From: Bacilli bacterium
Lineage (GTDB): Bacteria; Bacillota_I; Bacilli_A; RF39; UBA660
Length of the DNA stretch: 64,000 bases
Assembly: GCA_017438635.1 (NCBI GenBank)
Contig: JAFRUZ010000002.1
Coordinates: forward strand, 623 to 64,622
Direction: 5' to 3'
Shown: positions 1 through 9,843 of the stretch, one piece after another
How positions within the stretch are numbered: the first letter of the stretch is position 1
Layout: each line of letters begins with the position of its first letter
Made by a program: the position numbers and the translations under genes
The notes under the pieces: generated by a model
What the model was told of the DNA's origin: nothing
The model's database searches: none
Seen by the model: the letters and a program-made list of their open reading frames with translations, nothing else

Positions 1-23
1 TCTACCAATTGAGCCATTTCGGC
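1..23 (-). tRNA. 5' fragment of a tRNA truncated by the window edge, probably tRNA-Thr
   Basis: Minus strand reads GCCGAAATGGCTCAATTGGTAGA (acceptor stem + D-arm). Anticodon is outside the window; Thr guessed from the 5' sequence and the usual Val-Thr order. Confidence 0.75.
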
Positions 24-37
24 ACTAATATAAAAAA

Positions 38-114
38 TGGTGGGCGATGAGAGACTCGAACTCCCGACCCCTTGCTTGTAAGGCAAGTGCTCTAACCAAC
101 TGAGCTAATCGCCC
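38..114 (-). tRNA. tRNA-Val(TAC)
   Basis: 77 nt GGGCGATTAGCTCAG...CTTGC-CT-TAC-AA-GCAAG...GTTCGAGT...ATCGCCCACCA, full cloverleaf with encoded CCA. Confidence 0.97.
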
Positions 115-140
115 ATGTAATTTAATTGCTGACGTCTATA

Positions 141-169
141 AATATAATATATTATAAGGTTTTTGTCAA
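141..169 (-). promoter_or_regulatory. sigma-A promoter of tRNA operon
   Basis: TTGACA-17nt-TATATT upstream of tRNA-Val. Confidence 0.75.
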
Positions 170-187
170 GTACAATTAAATTTTTTT

Positions 188-559
188 TCAACTTTTTATA
201 GTATTATTAGCCTTTATATTCCCCTTTGCTTCATCAATCCATTTTGGAAGATTATCCTCTAAAATACCAAAACCACTACCTACTTCCTGAATATCTACCT
301 TTTTTCTTGCTAAACTCTTATAATTAACATCTTTTATACTAAGTTTAACATGAAAAGACTCATCATCAACATCAATTACTTTTACCTTTATTGTGTCTCC
401 TAAAGAAACAAAATCATTAACATCTCTTACAAAGCCATGTGATATTTCAGAAATATGAATAAGTCCAGTATAGTAATCATCTAAATTGACAAACACTCCA
501 TAATTCTCAATACCAGTTACAGTACCAAACACTAAGCTACCTACTTTATACTTTGACAT
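188..559 (-). CDS. S1 RNA-binding domain protein (YugI/GSP13/CvfD family)
   Basis: S1 motif GTVTGIENYGVFV...GLIHISEIS...VKLSIK; start moved to MSKY. Confidence 0.88.
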   Translation of the reverse strand: MSKYKVGSLVFGTVTGIENYGVFVNLDDYYTGLIHISEISHGFVRDVNDFVSLGDTIKVKVIDVDDESFHVKLSIKDVNYKSLARKKVDIQEVGSGFGILEDNLPKWIDEAKGNIKANNTIKS

Positions 560-664
560 AAGTATCACTTCCAACTATATTATACCTTATTTTAACACTT
601 TTTTCAAAGTTTTTATCCTTTACAAAAAGGAAAACTGATTATATAATTATAAATGGTGATTGAA

Positions 665-886
665 ATGGAAGAAAAAGTTAAAGAAGTTCTTGATGATTTA
701 AGACCATTTTTAATGAACGATGGTGGAAATGTAGAACTAATTAAAATCGAAGATAACATAGTTTATATAGCATTTCAAGGAGCATGTGCTGGATGTGCTC
801 TTAGAGATATGACTCTAACCGAAGGTATTGAAAAAACTATTAAAGAAAAAGTGCCAGAAATTAAAGAAGTAAGATTAGTAAATTAG
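665..886 (+). CDS. NifU/NfuA-type Fe-S carrier (YutI-like)
   Basis: LRPFLMNDGGNVEL...GACAGC (CxxC). Confidence 0.92.
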   Translation: MEEKVKEVLDDLRPFLMNDGGNVELIKIEDNIVYIAFQGACAGCALRDMTLTEGIEKTIKEKVPEIKEVRLVN

Positions 887-1776
887 CTAATCTCTTTTTT
901 TATCCAACTAATATATGGAATATTTATATTAGTATATGCATTAAATATATGTTTTAAAACAAGTATAATATTTCTTTTATTAACTATTTCTAACAGTTGC
1001 TTTTCATCTTCTTTATCTACAATAATATTTTCATATAAATCAAAGAAATAAGAAGGAAAAAGAAGTCTTGATATAACTAAAATAATACTTTCTCTAGACA
1101 AATTATTAAAGTATTTATCAATTAATTGAAAAGAAAAGTTCTTATTCATAGCAAATGACTTTATATATTCACCAATATCTCTCTCTTTAAAATCAACAAC
1201 AAAGTTAAGAGGATTTAAAAAATCATATAAATCCATATTAAAAAATATTCTCTTATGACAAATATACTTTTTATTATTAAAACTAACGTTATAATTAAAA
1301 TAACTAATACCATTCTCCCAAATACCTATATAATAATCTATATATTTATCAATAATTGGATATTTATTTTTCATTTGATTAAACTGATATTCTATAAAAT
1401 CTATTTTTCTAGACCAAGATTCACCCCAATTAGATTTATCAAGTATTTTATATTTATTATTTACTAGAGTAGAAAAACTAATAATATCATCATAAGTAAT
1501 AATCCTGTTAATAACATTAGGAAATCTCATTAATATATAGTACTTATCTTCATACATAAATAATATTTCATTATTTTTAGTAAGAATAATAGTATAACCT
1601 ATACCCCTATTTAAAACTTCTAAGTTTAAATTATATAAAAAAACAACCTCAGTAATATCACGATTATATAAATAAATGCCATAACTATTATTTAAATATT
1701 TAAAATAGTAATTATCATTTATTTTTTTTATACCTGAAACATTTATATTAAAAAAAAATAAAATAGCATTATTCAT
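883..1776 (-). CDS. Spore coat kinase-like protein (YutH/YsxE/CotS family)
   Basis: W..KIDFIEYQ, DYYIGIWENGISY, ICHKRI, ERDIGEYIK, RLLFPSYFFDLYE motifs; adjacent to yutI-like gene as in B. subtilis. Confidence 0.75.
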   Translation of the reverse strand: MNNAILFFFNINVSGIKKINDNYYFKYLNNSYGIYLYNRDITEVVFLYNLNLEVLNRGIGYTIILTKNNEILFMYEDKYYILMRFPNVINRIITYDDIISFSTLVNNKYKILDKSNWGESWSRKIDFIEYQFNQMKNKYPIIDKYIDYYIGIWENGISYFNYNVSFNNKKYICHKRIFFNMDLYDFLNPLNFVVDFKERDIGEYIKSFAMNKNFSFQLIDKYFNNLSRESIILVISRLLFPSYFFDLYENIIVDKEDEKQLLEIVNKRNIILVLKHIFNAYTNINIPYISWIKKEIS

Positions 1777-1792
1777 AATATTACCTCATTAA

Positions 1793-1820
1793 ATAATATG
1801 AAAAACGCTATTATTTTAAC
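1793..1820 (-). promoter_or_regulatory. Putative sigma-E promoter
   Basis: GTTAAA-14nt-CATATTAT just upstream of the GAGGT RBS of the yutH-like gene. Confidence 0.5.
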
Positions 1821-1821
1821 C

Positions 1822-3723
1822 CTAAAATTTATAATCGTCTTCTAAAGAAAACTCTACATTCTCTTCAATCCATTCTTTTCTTGGTTCAACTTTATCTCCC
1901 ATTAAAACACTAACTCTTTTTTCAGCGAGTAATGCATCATCAATATTGACTTTTATTAATGATCTAGTAAGAGGATTCATTGTTGTTTCCCAAAGCTGAT
2001 CTGAATTCATTTCTCCAAGACCCTTATAACGTTGAATTTCACATTTTTTTCCTTCAGTCATCTCTTTTAATTCATCGTTTTCATAAGCATAAGATACATC
2101 TTTACCACTTGTTACTTTATAAAGTGGTGGCATTGCTATATAAAGTTTACCTAACTCTATCAATGGTCTCATAAATCTATAGAAGAACGTAAGTAATAAT
2201 ACTTGAATATGAGCACCATCATCGTCGGCATCAGTCATTATTATTACTTTATCATATTGAATATCATCAACATCAAAGTTAGAACCTACACCTGCTCCAA
2301 TTGTATGAATCATTGTATTAATTTCTTCATTCTTAAATATATCTTCTTGTTTTGCTCTTTCTGTATTAAGCACTTTACCACGAAGAGGAAGTATTGCTTG
2401 AAATTTACGATCTCTACCTTGCTTTGCAGATCCACCTGCAGAATCACCTTCGACTAAGAAAAGTTCATTCTTAGTTTTGTCTTTACCTCCCGCAGGGGTT
2501 AACTTCCCTGACAATAACTTTTCTTTAGCACCTTTACTCTTACCTTTTCTAATTTCCTCACGAGCTTTACGAGCAGCTTCACGAGCCATTTTACTTTTTA
2601 ATGATTTTTCTATTACTTCAGTAGCTATTGCTTTATTCTCTTCAAGGAAGAACAAAAGTTTTTCAGTAGTTACTGCTTCTACTGCAGTACGTGCAGCAGG
2701 ACTACCTAATTTAGATTTTGTTTGTCCTTCAAATTGAAGAAGATTTTCAGGTATTTTTAAAGATATTACAGCAGTAAGTCCCTCACGAACATCACTACCA
2801 TCAAAACCTTTATCTTTTCCTTTAAAATATCCATTTGCTTTTCCATAATCATTAAACACTTTAGTAAGAGCTGTTTTAAACCCTACTTCATGAGTTCCAC
2901 CATCTATTGTTTTCACATTGTTAACAAATGATATTATATTTTCATTATATGAATCAGTATACTGAAATGCTATATCCATTTCTATATTGTTTTTAGAACC
3001 TGAAAAACTGTATACATTATGAAGAGGTTTCTTATTTTCATTAATCATTTCTACAAATGATAAAAGTCCATCATCATAATGAAATTTATCATGTTTATTA
3101 TCTTCAATATCTGCTATTTCAACAGTAAGTCCTTTTAAAAGAAAAGCACTTTCTTGCATTCTTTCACGAACCGTTGTATATGAGAAATTTGCACCTTTAA
3201 ACACTTCGTAATCAGGCATAAATCTAACAAGAGTACCATGTTTATTAGTAGTACCTACTTTCTTTAATGGTACTTTTACTTTTCCACCATTTTCAAATCT
3301 TATATAGTATTCATACCCATCTCTTCTGATGGTAACTTCAAGCCATGATGAAAGTGCGTTTACTACAGAGGCTCCAACACCATGTAAACCACCAGAAACT
3401 TTATAACCACTTGTTTCAAATTTACCTCCTGCGTGAAGCACAGTAAAAATAACTTCCGGAGTAGTCTTTCCACTTGCATGCATTCCTACAGGAAGTCCTC
3501 TACCTTTATCTTCTACTGAGCAAGATCCATCTTCATGTAATGTAACAGAAATATAATCACCAAAACCATTTATAACTTCATCTATTGAATTATCAACAAT
3601 TTCCCATATTAGATGATGTAATCCTCTTTTATCAGTAGAACCTATATACATCCCAGGTCTTTTACGAACTGCTTCTAAACCCTCAAGAATTTTTATACTA
3701 CTTTCATCATACTTAAGTGCCAC
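1822..3723 (-). CDS. parE: DNA topoisomerase IV subunit B
   Basis: GHKL ATPase (EIVDNSIDE, GGLHGVG), EGDSAGGS, DADDDGAHI Toprim, C-terminal LMGDKVEPRKEWIE; likely GTG start at 3723. Confidence 0.93.
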   Translation of the reverse strand: MALKYDESSIKILEGLEAVRKRPGMYIGSTDKRGLHHLIWEIVDNSIDEVINGFGDYISVTLHEDGSCSVEDKGRGLPVGMHASGKTTPEVIFTVLHAGGKFETSGYKVSGGLHGVGASVVNALSSWLEVTIRRDGYEYYIRFENGGKVKVPLKKVGTTNKHGTLVRFMPDYEVFKGANFSYTTVRERMQESAFLLKGLTVEIADIEDNKHDKFHYDDGLLSFVEMINENKKPLHNVYSFSGSKNNIEMDIAFQYTDSYNENIISFVNNVKTIDGGTHEVGFKTALTKVFNDYGKANGYFKGKDKGFDGSDVREGLTAVISLKIPENLLQFEGQTKSKLGSPAARTAVEAVTTEKLLFFLEENKAIATEVIEKSLKSKMAREAARKAREEIRKGKSKGAKEKLLSGKLTPAGGKDKTKNELFLVEGDSAGGSAKQGRDRKFQAILPLRGKVLNTERAKQEDIFKNEEINTMIHTIGAGVGSNFDVDDIQYDKVIIMTDADDDGAHIQVLLLTFFYRFMRPLIELGKLYIAMPPLYKVTSGKDVSYAYENDELKEMTEGKKCEIQRYKGLGEMNSDQLWETTMNPLTRSLIKVNIDDALLAEKRVSVLMGDKVEPRKEWIEENVEFSLEDDYKF

Positions 3724-3819
3724 AACTATCATCTCCATAATCATTATACCAAAAAATAAGGAAAAACAAAAAAAAGAATGTCAAACTTGACACTCTTAAA
3801 TTAATCTAATGTAAATATT

Positions 3820-5022
3820 TTAATTCTTAGTCCCTTTAGCACCCTTCAAACCTTTTGTACCTTTGCTTCCAGAAAATCCTGCTAAAATATTACTTTCAAA
3901 ACTCATAGTTTTTTTAGATTTATTCTTATATTCTTTAATAGCTATACTTATCATTTCATCAAGTAAATCTTTATACTCAACTCCAGATTCTCTCCATAGA
4001 TAGAAAGATAAACTACCTGGAATAGTATTAGGTTCATTTACATAGTACTTTTCAGTCTTCTTATCTATTAAATAATCTATTCTACAAACACCACTTAAGT
4101 TTAATAATCTAAACACTTCTTTTGAGGTGTCCTGTATTTTTTTAGTTAATTCTTTAGATATCCTAGCAGGTATTATTCTACTAGTAGAAGCCATTCCTTT
4201 ACTACCAGTACCTTTAGTTTTTGCATTTGATAAATATTTATCAGAATAACTAAGTATTTCATCAAGTCCCATAACTTCTTCTAAAGGACTTACTTTTTGA
4301 TTTTCATAATTACCTAATACGCTTGCATTAACTTCTACAAGATTATCAACTGCCTTTTCTATTACTATTTTATTATCGTAACTAATAGCATCATCTATTG
4401 CTTTTTCTATATCTTTTTCACTTTTTACAAATGTAATTCCTACACTACTTCCAAGTGTCGCAGGTTTAACAACTACTGGATAACCAAGACTCTTAACATT
4501 TTTTAATACTTTATTTTTATCATCTAAATATTCATTATCAAAAAACCAAATATAATCTACTATAGGAATTCCACTACTACCCATAACTTGTTTCATAACA
4601 ACTTTATCTTGTCCAAGAGCAGCTCCTAAAACATGAGGTCCAACATATGGAATACCAATTGTATCAAGAAATCCTGCAAGAGTACCATCTTCAACATTAT
4701 TTCCATGAACTATAGGAAGTACTACATCTACATCTGTAATATCTTTTCTGATAAGACCAGTAGTATTTTGTAAATAATACTTACCTTCTTTTTTACATAA
4801 TGATACTTCTTTTACACCTTTTCTATTATCTTCGAAACTTTTATATGCATCAATTTCTAACAAAGAATCTCCAGTATATAAAACTTTATTCTTACCAATA
4901 TATATTGGTATAACATCATACTTATCTTTGTTTAAATTTTGTATTGCTTGAAGTGCAGAAATTATACTTACTTCATGCTCAACTGTTTCCCCTCCAAACA
5001 TAACACCTAATTTTACCTTCAT
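3820..5022 (-). CDS. ddl: D-Ala-D-Ala ligase family ATP-grasp protein (divergent long form)
   Basis: FGGETVEHEVSIIS, HGNNVEDG, KPATLGSSVG, EPNTIPGS. Confidence 0.85.
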   Translation of the reverse strand: MKVKLGVMFGGETVEHEVSIISALQAIQNLNKDKYDVIPIYIGKNKVLYTGDSLLEIDAYKSFEDNRKGVKEVSLCKKEGKYYLQNTTGLIRKDITDVDVVLPIVHGNNVEDGTLAGFLDTIGIPYVGPHVLGAALGQDKVVMKQVMGSSGIPIVDYIWFFDNEYLDDKNKVLKNVKSLGYPVVVKPATLGSSVGITFVKSEKDIEKAIDDAISYDNKIVIEKAVDNLVEVNASVLGNYENQKVSPLEEVMGLDEILSYSDKYLSNAKTKGTGSKGMASTSRIIPARISKELTKKIQDTSKEVFRLLNLSGVCRIDYLIDKKTEKYYVNEPNTIPGSLSFYLWRESGVEYKDLLDEMISIAIKEYKNKSKKTMSFESNILAGFSGSKGTKGLKGAKGTKN

Positions 5023-5033
5023 ACAATCAACTC

Positions 5034-6626
5034 CTATTCATTAAATATATCTGGTAAATCATTTTCTAAAAGGACATAAGTTTCTTTTCCACTTAATCTA
5101 TTCATAAGAGGAAATGCCTCTTTTACATCATTTAGAATATAAATATTCTTTTCATCATATTTAGATTTTTTTAATCCATCAAGTATTGGTTTAGTTTGTT
5201 CTTCTCCAATAAGAATAACACTATCACAAACTTTTGCTATTTGTTTACCAAATTCCATATTGTATTCGTACTGTTTCTCACCAAGTTCTACCATACCTGG
5301 AGTAACAATTATTTTTTTGCCTTTCATCATTCCAAGTACAGAAACAGCCATCTCTGCTCCTACTGGATTAGAGTTATATGCATCATCTATTATATTAATA
5401 TTACCATACTTTTTTAATTCTAGTCTATGTTCAATCGGTTTAATTCTTTTTACTCCTGTTGCTATTTCCTTTAAGTCAAGTCCTAGATTATATGCCAGAG
5501 CTACTGCTTGTAAAATATTATATACATTTGCATCTCCTAAAAGAAGAGTTTCAAGTACTACACTTTTTTTACTATCTTTAAATGTTACTTTAAAACTAGT
5601 ACCATCTCCAGAAAGTTTTATATCTGATGCATAAACATCCGCTTTTTTGTTTTTAAGTGATACCCATACTTTTTTACAATTGCTCTTTATTTTATATTTT
5701 ACTTGATAAGGATCATCCATATTTAATATAGCAATACCATCATCAGGTAAACTATCAATTAATTCAAATTTAGCTTTTTGTATATTCTCACGAGTCTTAA
5801 AAGTATCTAAATGTGCTGTCCCTATTATAGTAAGTATACCATACTGTGGATGAATTAAATCACATAGTTCTTTTATTTCTCCTTGTTTAAATGCTCCCAT
5901 TTCTGTTATAAATACATCTGTAAATTTATCTAGTTTATTATTTACTGATATCATAAGACCATTCATGGTATTAAAACTTTTTTCTGTAGCATAAGAATTA
6001 TACTTTACATTTAAAATATCATTTAGTATATTTTTAGAACTTGTCTTACCATAACTACCAGTAATAGCAATTCTTTTTAAATCAGTCATATCTTTTAATT
6101 TATTCTTTGCCATTTTTTTATAATGATTAAACACCATTTTTTCAATTGGTTTATTAATCATATTAGCAAGTAATACTAAATACCAATTCATAAAAATCAT
6201 AAATCCAATTAATAAATAATAAACATTTATATAACTTTCATTATATCTAAAAATCATTGATGTTACTAATAGTAAAAATAGTATTATTTCAGTAATATAT
6301 AACCTTTTAACTCTTGCAGTAATAACAAGAGGTTTTTTACTCTGTTCATTTTCTAACTTTTTCTTATATGTGAAATATGAAACTACATATAAAACAATGA
6401 ATACAATCATAGATAGTAAACTATTCTTAATAAATTGAAGTAGTAAAAACACCAAGAATAATATATCAAAATTTAAAAACATTTTTTTATAATTATTACT
6501 CATCCAATTAATATATCTACCATCGTCATTATAATAATTTTGTTGTAACATATGATATGCTTTTTTACTCTTGAACAATAAATAGAAAAAAGAAATTAAA
6601 ACTGAAACTACAAACAATATTTTCAT
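5034..6626 (-). CDS. murF: MurF-like Mur ligase with N-terminal multi-TM domain
   Basis: AITGSYGKTSSK P-loop, DDAYNSNP, TPGMVELG; about 150 hydrophobic N-terminal residues. Confidence 0.8.
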   Translation of the reverse strand: MKILFVVSVLISFFYLLFKSKKAYHMLQQNYYNDDGRYINWMSNNYKKMFLNFDILFLVFLLLQFIKNSLLSMIVFIVLYVVSYFTYKKKLENEQSKKPLVITARVKRLYITEIILFLLLVTSMIFRYNESYINVYYLLIGFMIFMNWYLVLLANMINKPIEKMVFNHYKKMAKNKLKDMTDLKRIAITGSYGKTSSKNILNDILNVKYNSYATEKSFNTMNGLMISVNNKLDKFTDVFITEMGAFKQGEIKELCDLIHPQYGILTIIGTAHLDTFKTRENIQKAKFELIDSLPDDGIAILNMDDPYQVKYKIKSNCKKVWVSLKNKKADVYASDIKLSGDGTSFKVTFKDSKKSVVLETLLLGDANVYNILQAVALAYNLGLDLKEIATGVKRIKPIEHRLELKKYGNINIIDDAYNSNPVGAEMAVSVLGMMKGKKIIVTPGMVELGEKQYEYNMEFGKQIAKVCDSVILIGEEQTKPILDGLKKSKYDEKNIYILNDVKEAFPLMNRLSGKETYVLLENDLPDIFNE

Positions 6627-7354
6627 TATTTATCACTTCCTATAAAACTATCTAAAACACTAATAGTTTGGCTTAGTCTTTCTAAATATGCGTAATGAGT
6701 ACAAGAATCATAAGTTACTAATCCACAATTAGGTATTAATTTTTCTAATTTTAAAGCATCTTCATAATCAACTGCTTCATCATTAGTACCCCAAATAAGT
6801 AATGTTGGACATTTAATCTTTTTAACTTCAGCTTTTAAATCTAAATTAACATGTTTAACTAGTATATTTCTCATCATATCAGAAGCATTTCTATAATCTG
6901 TACTTCCCATATGTTTTTTAGCAAAGTTAGCAAATGGAGTCTTTTTTAATAGTTTAAATACTTTCATTTTAAAAGTAGGTTTTGATATTTTTTTCTCATA
7001 AGGACTAGCAAGTAATACAAGTTTATTTACTCTATATTTTAAAGCATAACAAATAGAAATCTTACCTCCAAAAGAATGGCCTATTAAAATAGGATTATTA
7101 AGCTTTAAATCTTTTACAAAAGCATTCACCATATCAGCATAATCATATAAAGTCCATGCTTCTTTTGGTTCAGAAGATGATCCAAATCCTGGTAAATCAA
7201 TTACTAAAACATTATATTTATCCGTAAATGGTTTAGCAATTGGCATCATCATCTCTATATTTTGTCCCCATCCATGTAAATATATTAAACTTGTTTTTGA
7301 TTTGTTATCATAAAAAACATAATTTATACTAGTATCTTTATATATTTTTTCCAT
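6626..7354 (-). CDS. Alpha/beta hydrolase
   Basis: HGWG, GHSFGG nucleophile elbow, WGTND, C-terminal His. Confidence 0.9.
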   Translation of the reverse strand: MEKIYKDTSINYVFYDNKSKTSLIYLHGWGQNIEMMMPIAKPFTDKYNVLVIDLPGFGSSSEPKEAWTLYDYADMVNAFVKDLKLNNPILIGHSFGGKISICYALKYRVNKLVLLASPYEKKISKPTFKMKVFKLLKKTPFANFAKKHMGSTDYRNASDMMRNILVKHVNLDLKAEVKKIKCPTLLIWGTNDEAVDYEDALKLEKLIPNCGLVTYDSCTHYAYLERLSQTISVLDSFIGSDK

Positions 7355-7407
7355 CTACTCACCTACTTAAATTATATCACAAAAGGATGTATTTAGAATT
7401 CTTTAAA

Positions 7408-8847
7408 TTATTCTTTTACCTTATTAAGTTCATTTTGCACTACTACAATATCTGTTTCATATGGAAGCCATTCCCCATCTATCATTTGATAGTTTTCATC
7501 ACCTTTTCCAAGAAGAGCAATGACATCATCTTTTGTAGCATCATGTATAGCTTTTAATATTGCTTCTTTTCTATCTTCAATTACTTCATAATTGTTATGA
7601 TACTTTTCTATATATTTGATTATATCAGAACAAATATCTTTAACAGTACTATGTCCAGGATCCTCTGCTGTTAAATATATATAATCTGCAAACTCACCTG
7701 CAAGTAATCCCATGTCTTTTCTTCTATTAATTCCTTTATCACCAGGACAACCAAATACTACTTTAATATTTTTTCCAGGATAGTCTTCTTTTAAAGATTC
7801 ATACAAAGCTCTGGCACTAAGTTCATTATGAGCATAATCCACTATAACAGGACAAACTCCTCCATAGAATACATTCATTCTACCAGATACAGTGGTTTCC
7901 ATAAGCCCTTTAATAACGTTTTCATAAGAGACATCTAAAAGATCTGCTACAGCAATAGCACAAGTAGCATTTATAACATTAAATCTTCCTGCCATACTTA
8001 TCTTATATGTTTTACCATTTACCTCAAAACTAAGACCTTCTTCATTAGTAATATTACTAATTATATAGTCAGCATCTTTAAATCCAAAAGTAATAACCTT
8101 TTTATCTTTTACAGCAGAGATAACTCTATCATAATTATCAGTATGTCTATAAACAATAACTGTATCACATTCTTTTATAAATGCAATTTTTGAGTTTAAA
8201 TAATCATCAAAATCACTATGTTCAAGTGGTGATATATGATCAGGACTTACATTTAAGAAGCATCCTACATTAAACTTCATACCAAATACTCTATCGTGTT
8301 TTGGAGCTTGACTAGAAACTTCCATAGACATATATTCTATGTTGGAATTCATCATATCATTCAAATGTTTATGAAGTTCCAAACTCTCTGGAGTAGTTAA
8401 ATGGTTTTCTCCTTCATCTTTACCACTATAAAAATAATGTGTTGCAAGTATTCCAGGTTTATATCCTAAATGATGTTTTAATATGTTGTGAATAAAATAA
8501 TTAGTAGTAGTTTTTCCTTTAGTACCAGTTATTCCAATTTTAAATAAATTATCGGGATAAAATAAACTAGCTAATACTGCTAAAGCTTTTCTAGAATCGT
8601 TAACAATTATTTTTGGAATTGATACAGAAAAATCTGTTTCACTAACATAACAAATAACACCTTTTTCTATTGCAGACTCAAGATACTCTTTTTTAAATGT
8701 AACACCTTTACATACAAAAAGTGTCTTTTCCTTAACATCATTTGAATCATAAGAAATATATGAAAAATCAGCATCAAAATCATCATGCGATACTAATAAA
8801 TCATACTCCTTTAATCTTTCTAAAACATCATTAAATTTCATCATCAT
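7408..8847 (-). CDS. murE: UDP-MurNAc-tripeptide synthetase (MurE family)
   Basis: GITGTKGKTTT, TTPESLEL, MEVSSQ, VDYAHN, VFGCPG, LGKG. Confidence 0.88.
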   Translation of the reverse strand: MMMKFNDVLERLKEYDLLVSHDDFDADFSYISYDSNDVKEKTLFVCKGVTFKKEYLESAIEKGVICYVSETDFSVSIPKIIVNDSRKALAVLASLFYPDNLFKIGITGTKGKTTTNYFIHNILKHHLGYKPGILATHYFYSGKDEGENHLTTPESLELHKHLNDMMNSNIEYMSMEVSSQAPKHDRVFGMKFNVGCFLNVSPDHISPLEHSDFDDYLNSKIAFIKECDTVIVYRHTDNYDRVISAVKDKKVITFGFKDADYIISNITNEEGLSFEVNGKTYKISMAGRFNVINATCAIAVADLLDVSYENVIKGLMETTVSGRMNVFYGGVCPVIVDYAHNELSARALYESLKEDYPGKNIKVVFGCPGDKGINRRKDMGLLAGEFADYIYLTAEDPGHSTVKDICSDIIKYIEKYHNNYEVIEDRKEAILKAIHDATKDDVIALLGKGDENYQMIDGEWLPYETDIVVVQNELNKVKE

Positions 8848-9727
8848 TACCTACCTTTACATTTCCTCTAGGATGACTTTTTAAGTATACATCCTTTAAT
8901 CTATCATTAGTAACATGTGTATATACTTGAGTAGCCCTAAGTGATTCGTGACCAAGAAGCTCTTGAACACTAAGTAAATCACAACCCTCATTAAGTAAAT
9001 GTGTTGCAAAAGAATGCCTTAACATATGAGGACTAACCTTTGTATTTAAACATGCTTTCTTGACTATTTTATCTAGTATATATCGCATACCTCTAGCAGT
9101 AAGTCTTTCCTTTTTATTATTTATTAATAAGTATTCACAATTATCATCTCTTAAATCTAAATACATATCAAGTATCTCTCTAGCATAATCTCCAAAATAA
9201 ACAATTCTCTCTTTATTACCCTTACCAAGAACCTTTATAGAATTATCATATAAATTTATATCCTTCACCTTGACCATTTCAAGTTCCCCAACTCTCATAC
9301 CGGTAGCATATAATATCTCTAATAACAATCTGTCCCTAACACCAAAAAACTCTTCTAAATCACAAGCATCAAATAATTCTTCTAATTCATTATAATAAAG
9401 AAATTTAGGAAGAAGTTTATCTTTCTTAGGTCCCTTAGTAAGAGAAAAAGGATTAAACTTTATATGATCATTTCTTGCTAAATATTTATAAAAACTTCTT
9501 ATAGAACTAATTTTTCTTGAAATAGTATTCTTTGAAAACTTTTGTTCATCCATATAGTTATAAAACTTTCTTATAAATGAATAATCAATATCTAAAAAAG
9601 AAACTTTTTGCTTTTCTACATAATCCTTAAAAAAAAGTAAATCTTCTTTATAATTTAAAATGGTTAAATCAGAATAATTCCTCTGATATACAAGATAATC
9701 TAGATATAAATCTATATACTTATCCAT
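8831..9727 (-). CDS. xerC: Tyrosine recombinase XerC/CodV
   Basis: TGMRVGE, GKGNKER, HMLRHSFATH, LGH, TQVY catalytic residues. Confidence 0.88.
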   Translation of the reverse strand: MDKYIDLYLDYLVYQRNYSDLTILNYKEDLLFFKDYVEKQKVSFLDIDYSFIRKFYNYMDEQKFSKNTISRKISSIRSFYKYLARNDHIKFNPFSLTKGPKKDKLLPKFLYYNELEELFDACDLEEFFGVRDRLLLEILYATGMRVGELEMVKVKDINLYDNSIKVLGKGNKERIVYFGDYAREILDMYLDLRDDNCEYLLINNKKERLTARGMRYILDKIVKKACLNTKVSPHMLRHSFATHLLNEGCDLLSVQELLGHESLRATQVYTHVTNDRLKDVYLKSHPRGNVKVGNDDEI

Positions 9728-9843
9728 AACACCACCTACATAATATTTTATCATAAAAACAAAGACATTAAAAGTTTAGAGATAATAAAGGTGTAAAGTA
9801 AAAAGTATATAAATTATTATTCATAACTATATACTTTTTATCC

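Noticed and set aside
8831-9727. Tyrosine recombinase as a mobile-element integrase
   Set aside because: Length, motifs and housekeeping context fit chromosomal XerC/CodV; no cargo or att sites nearby.
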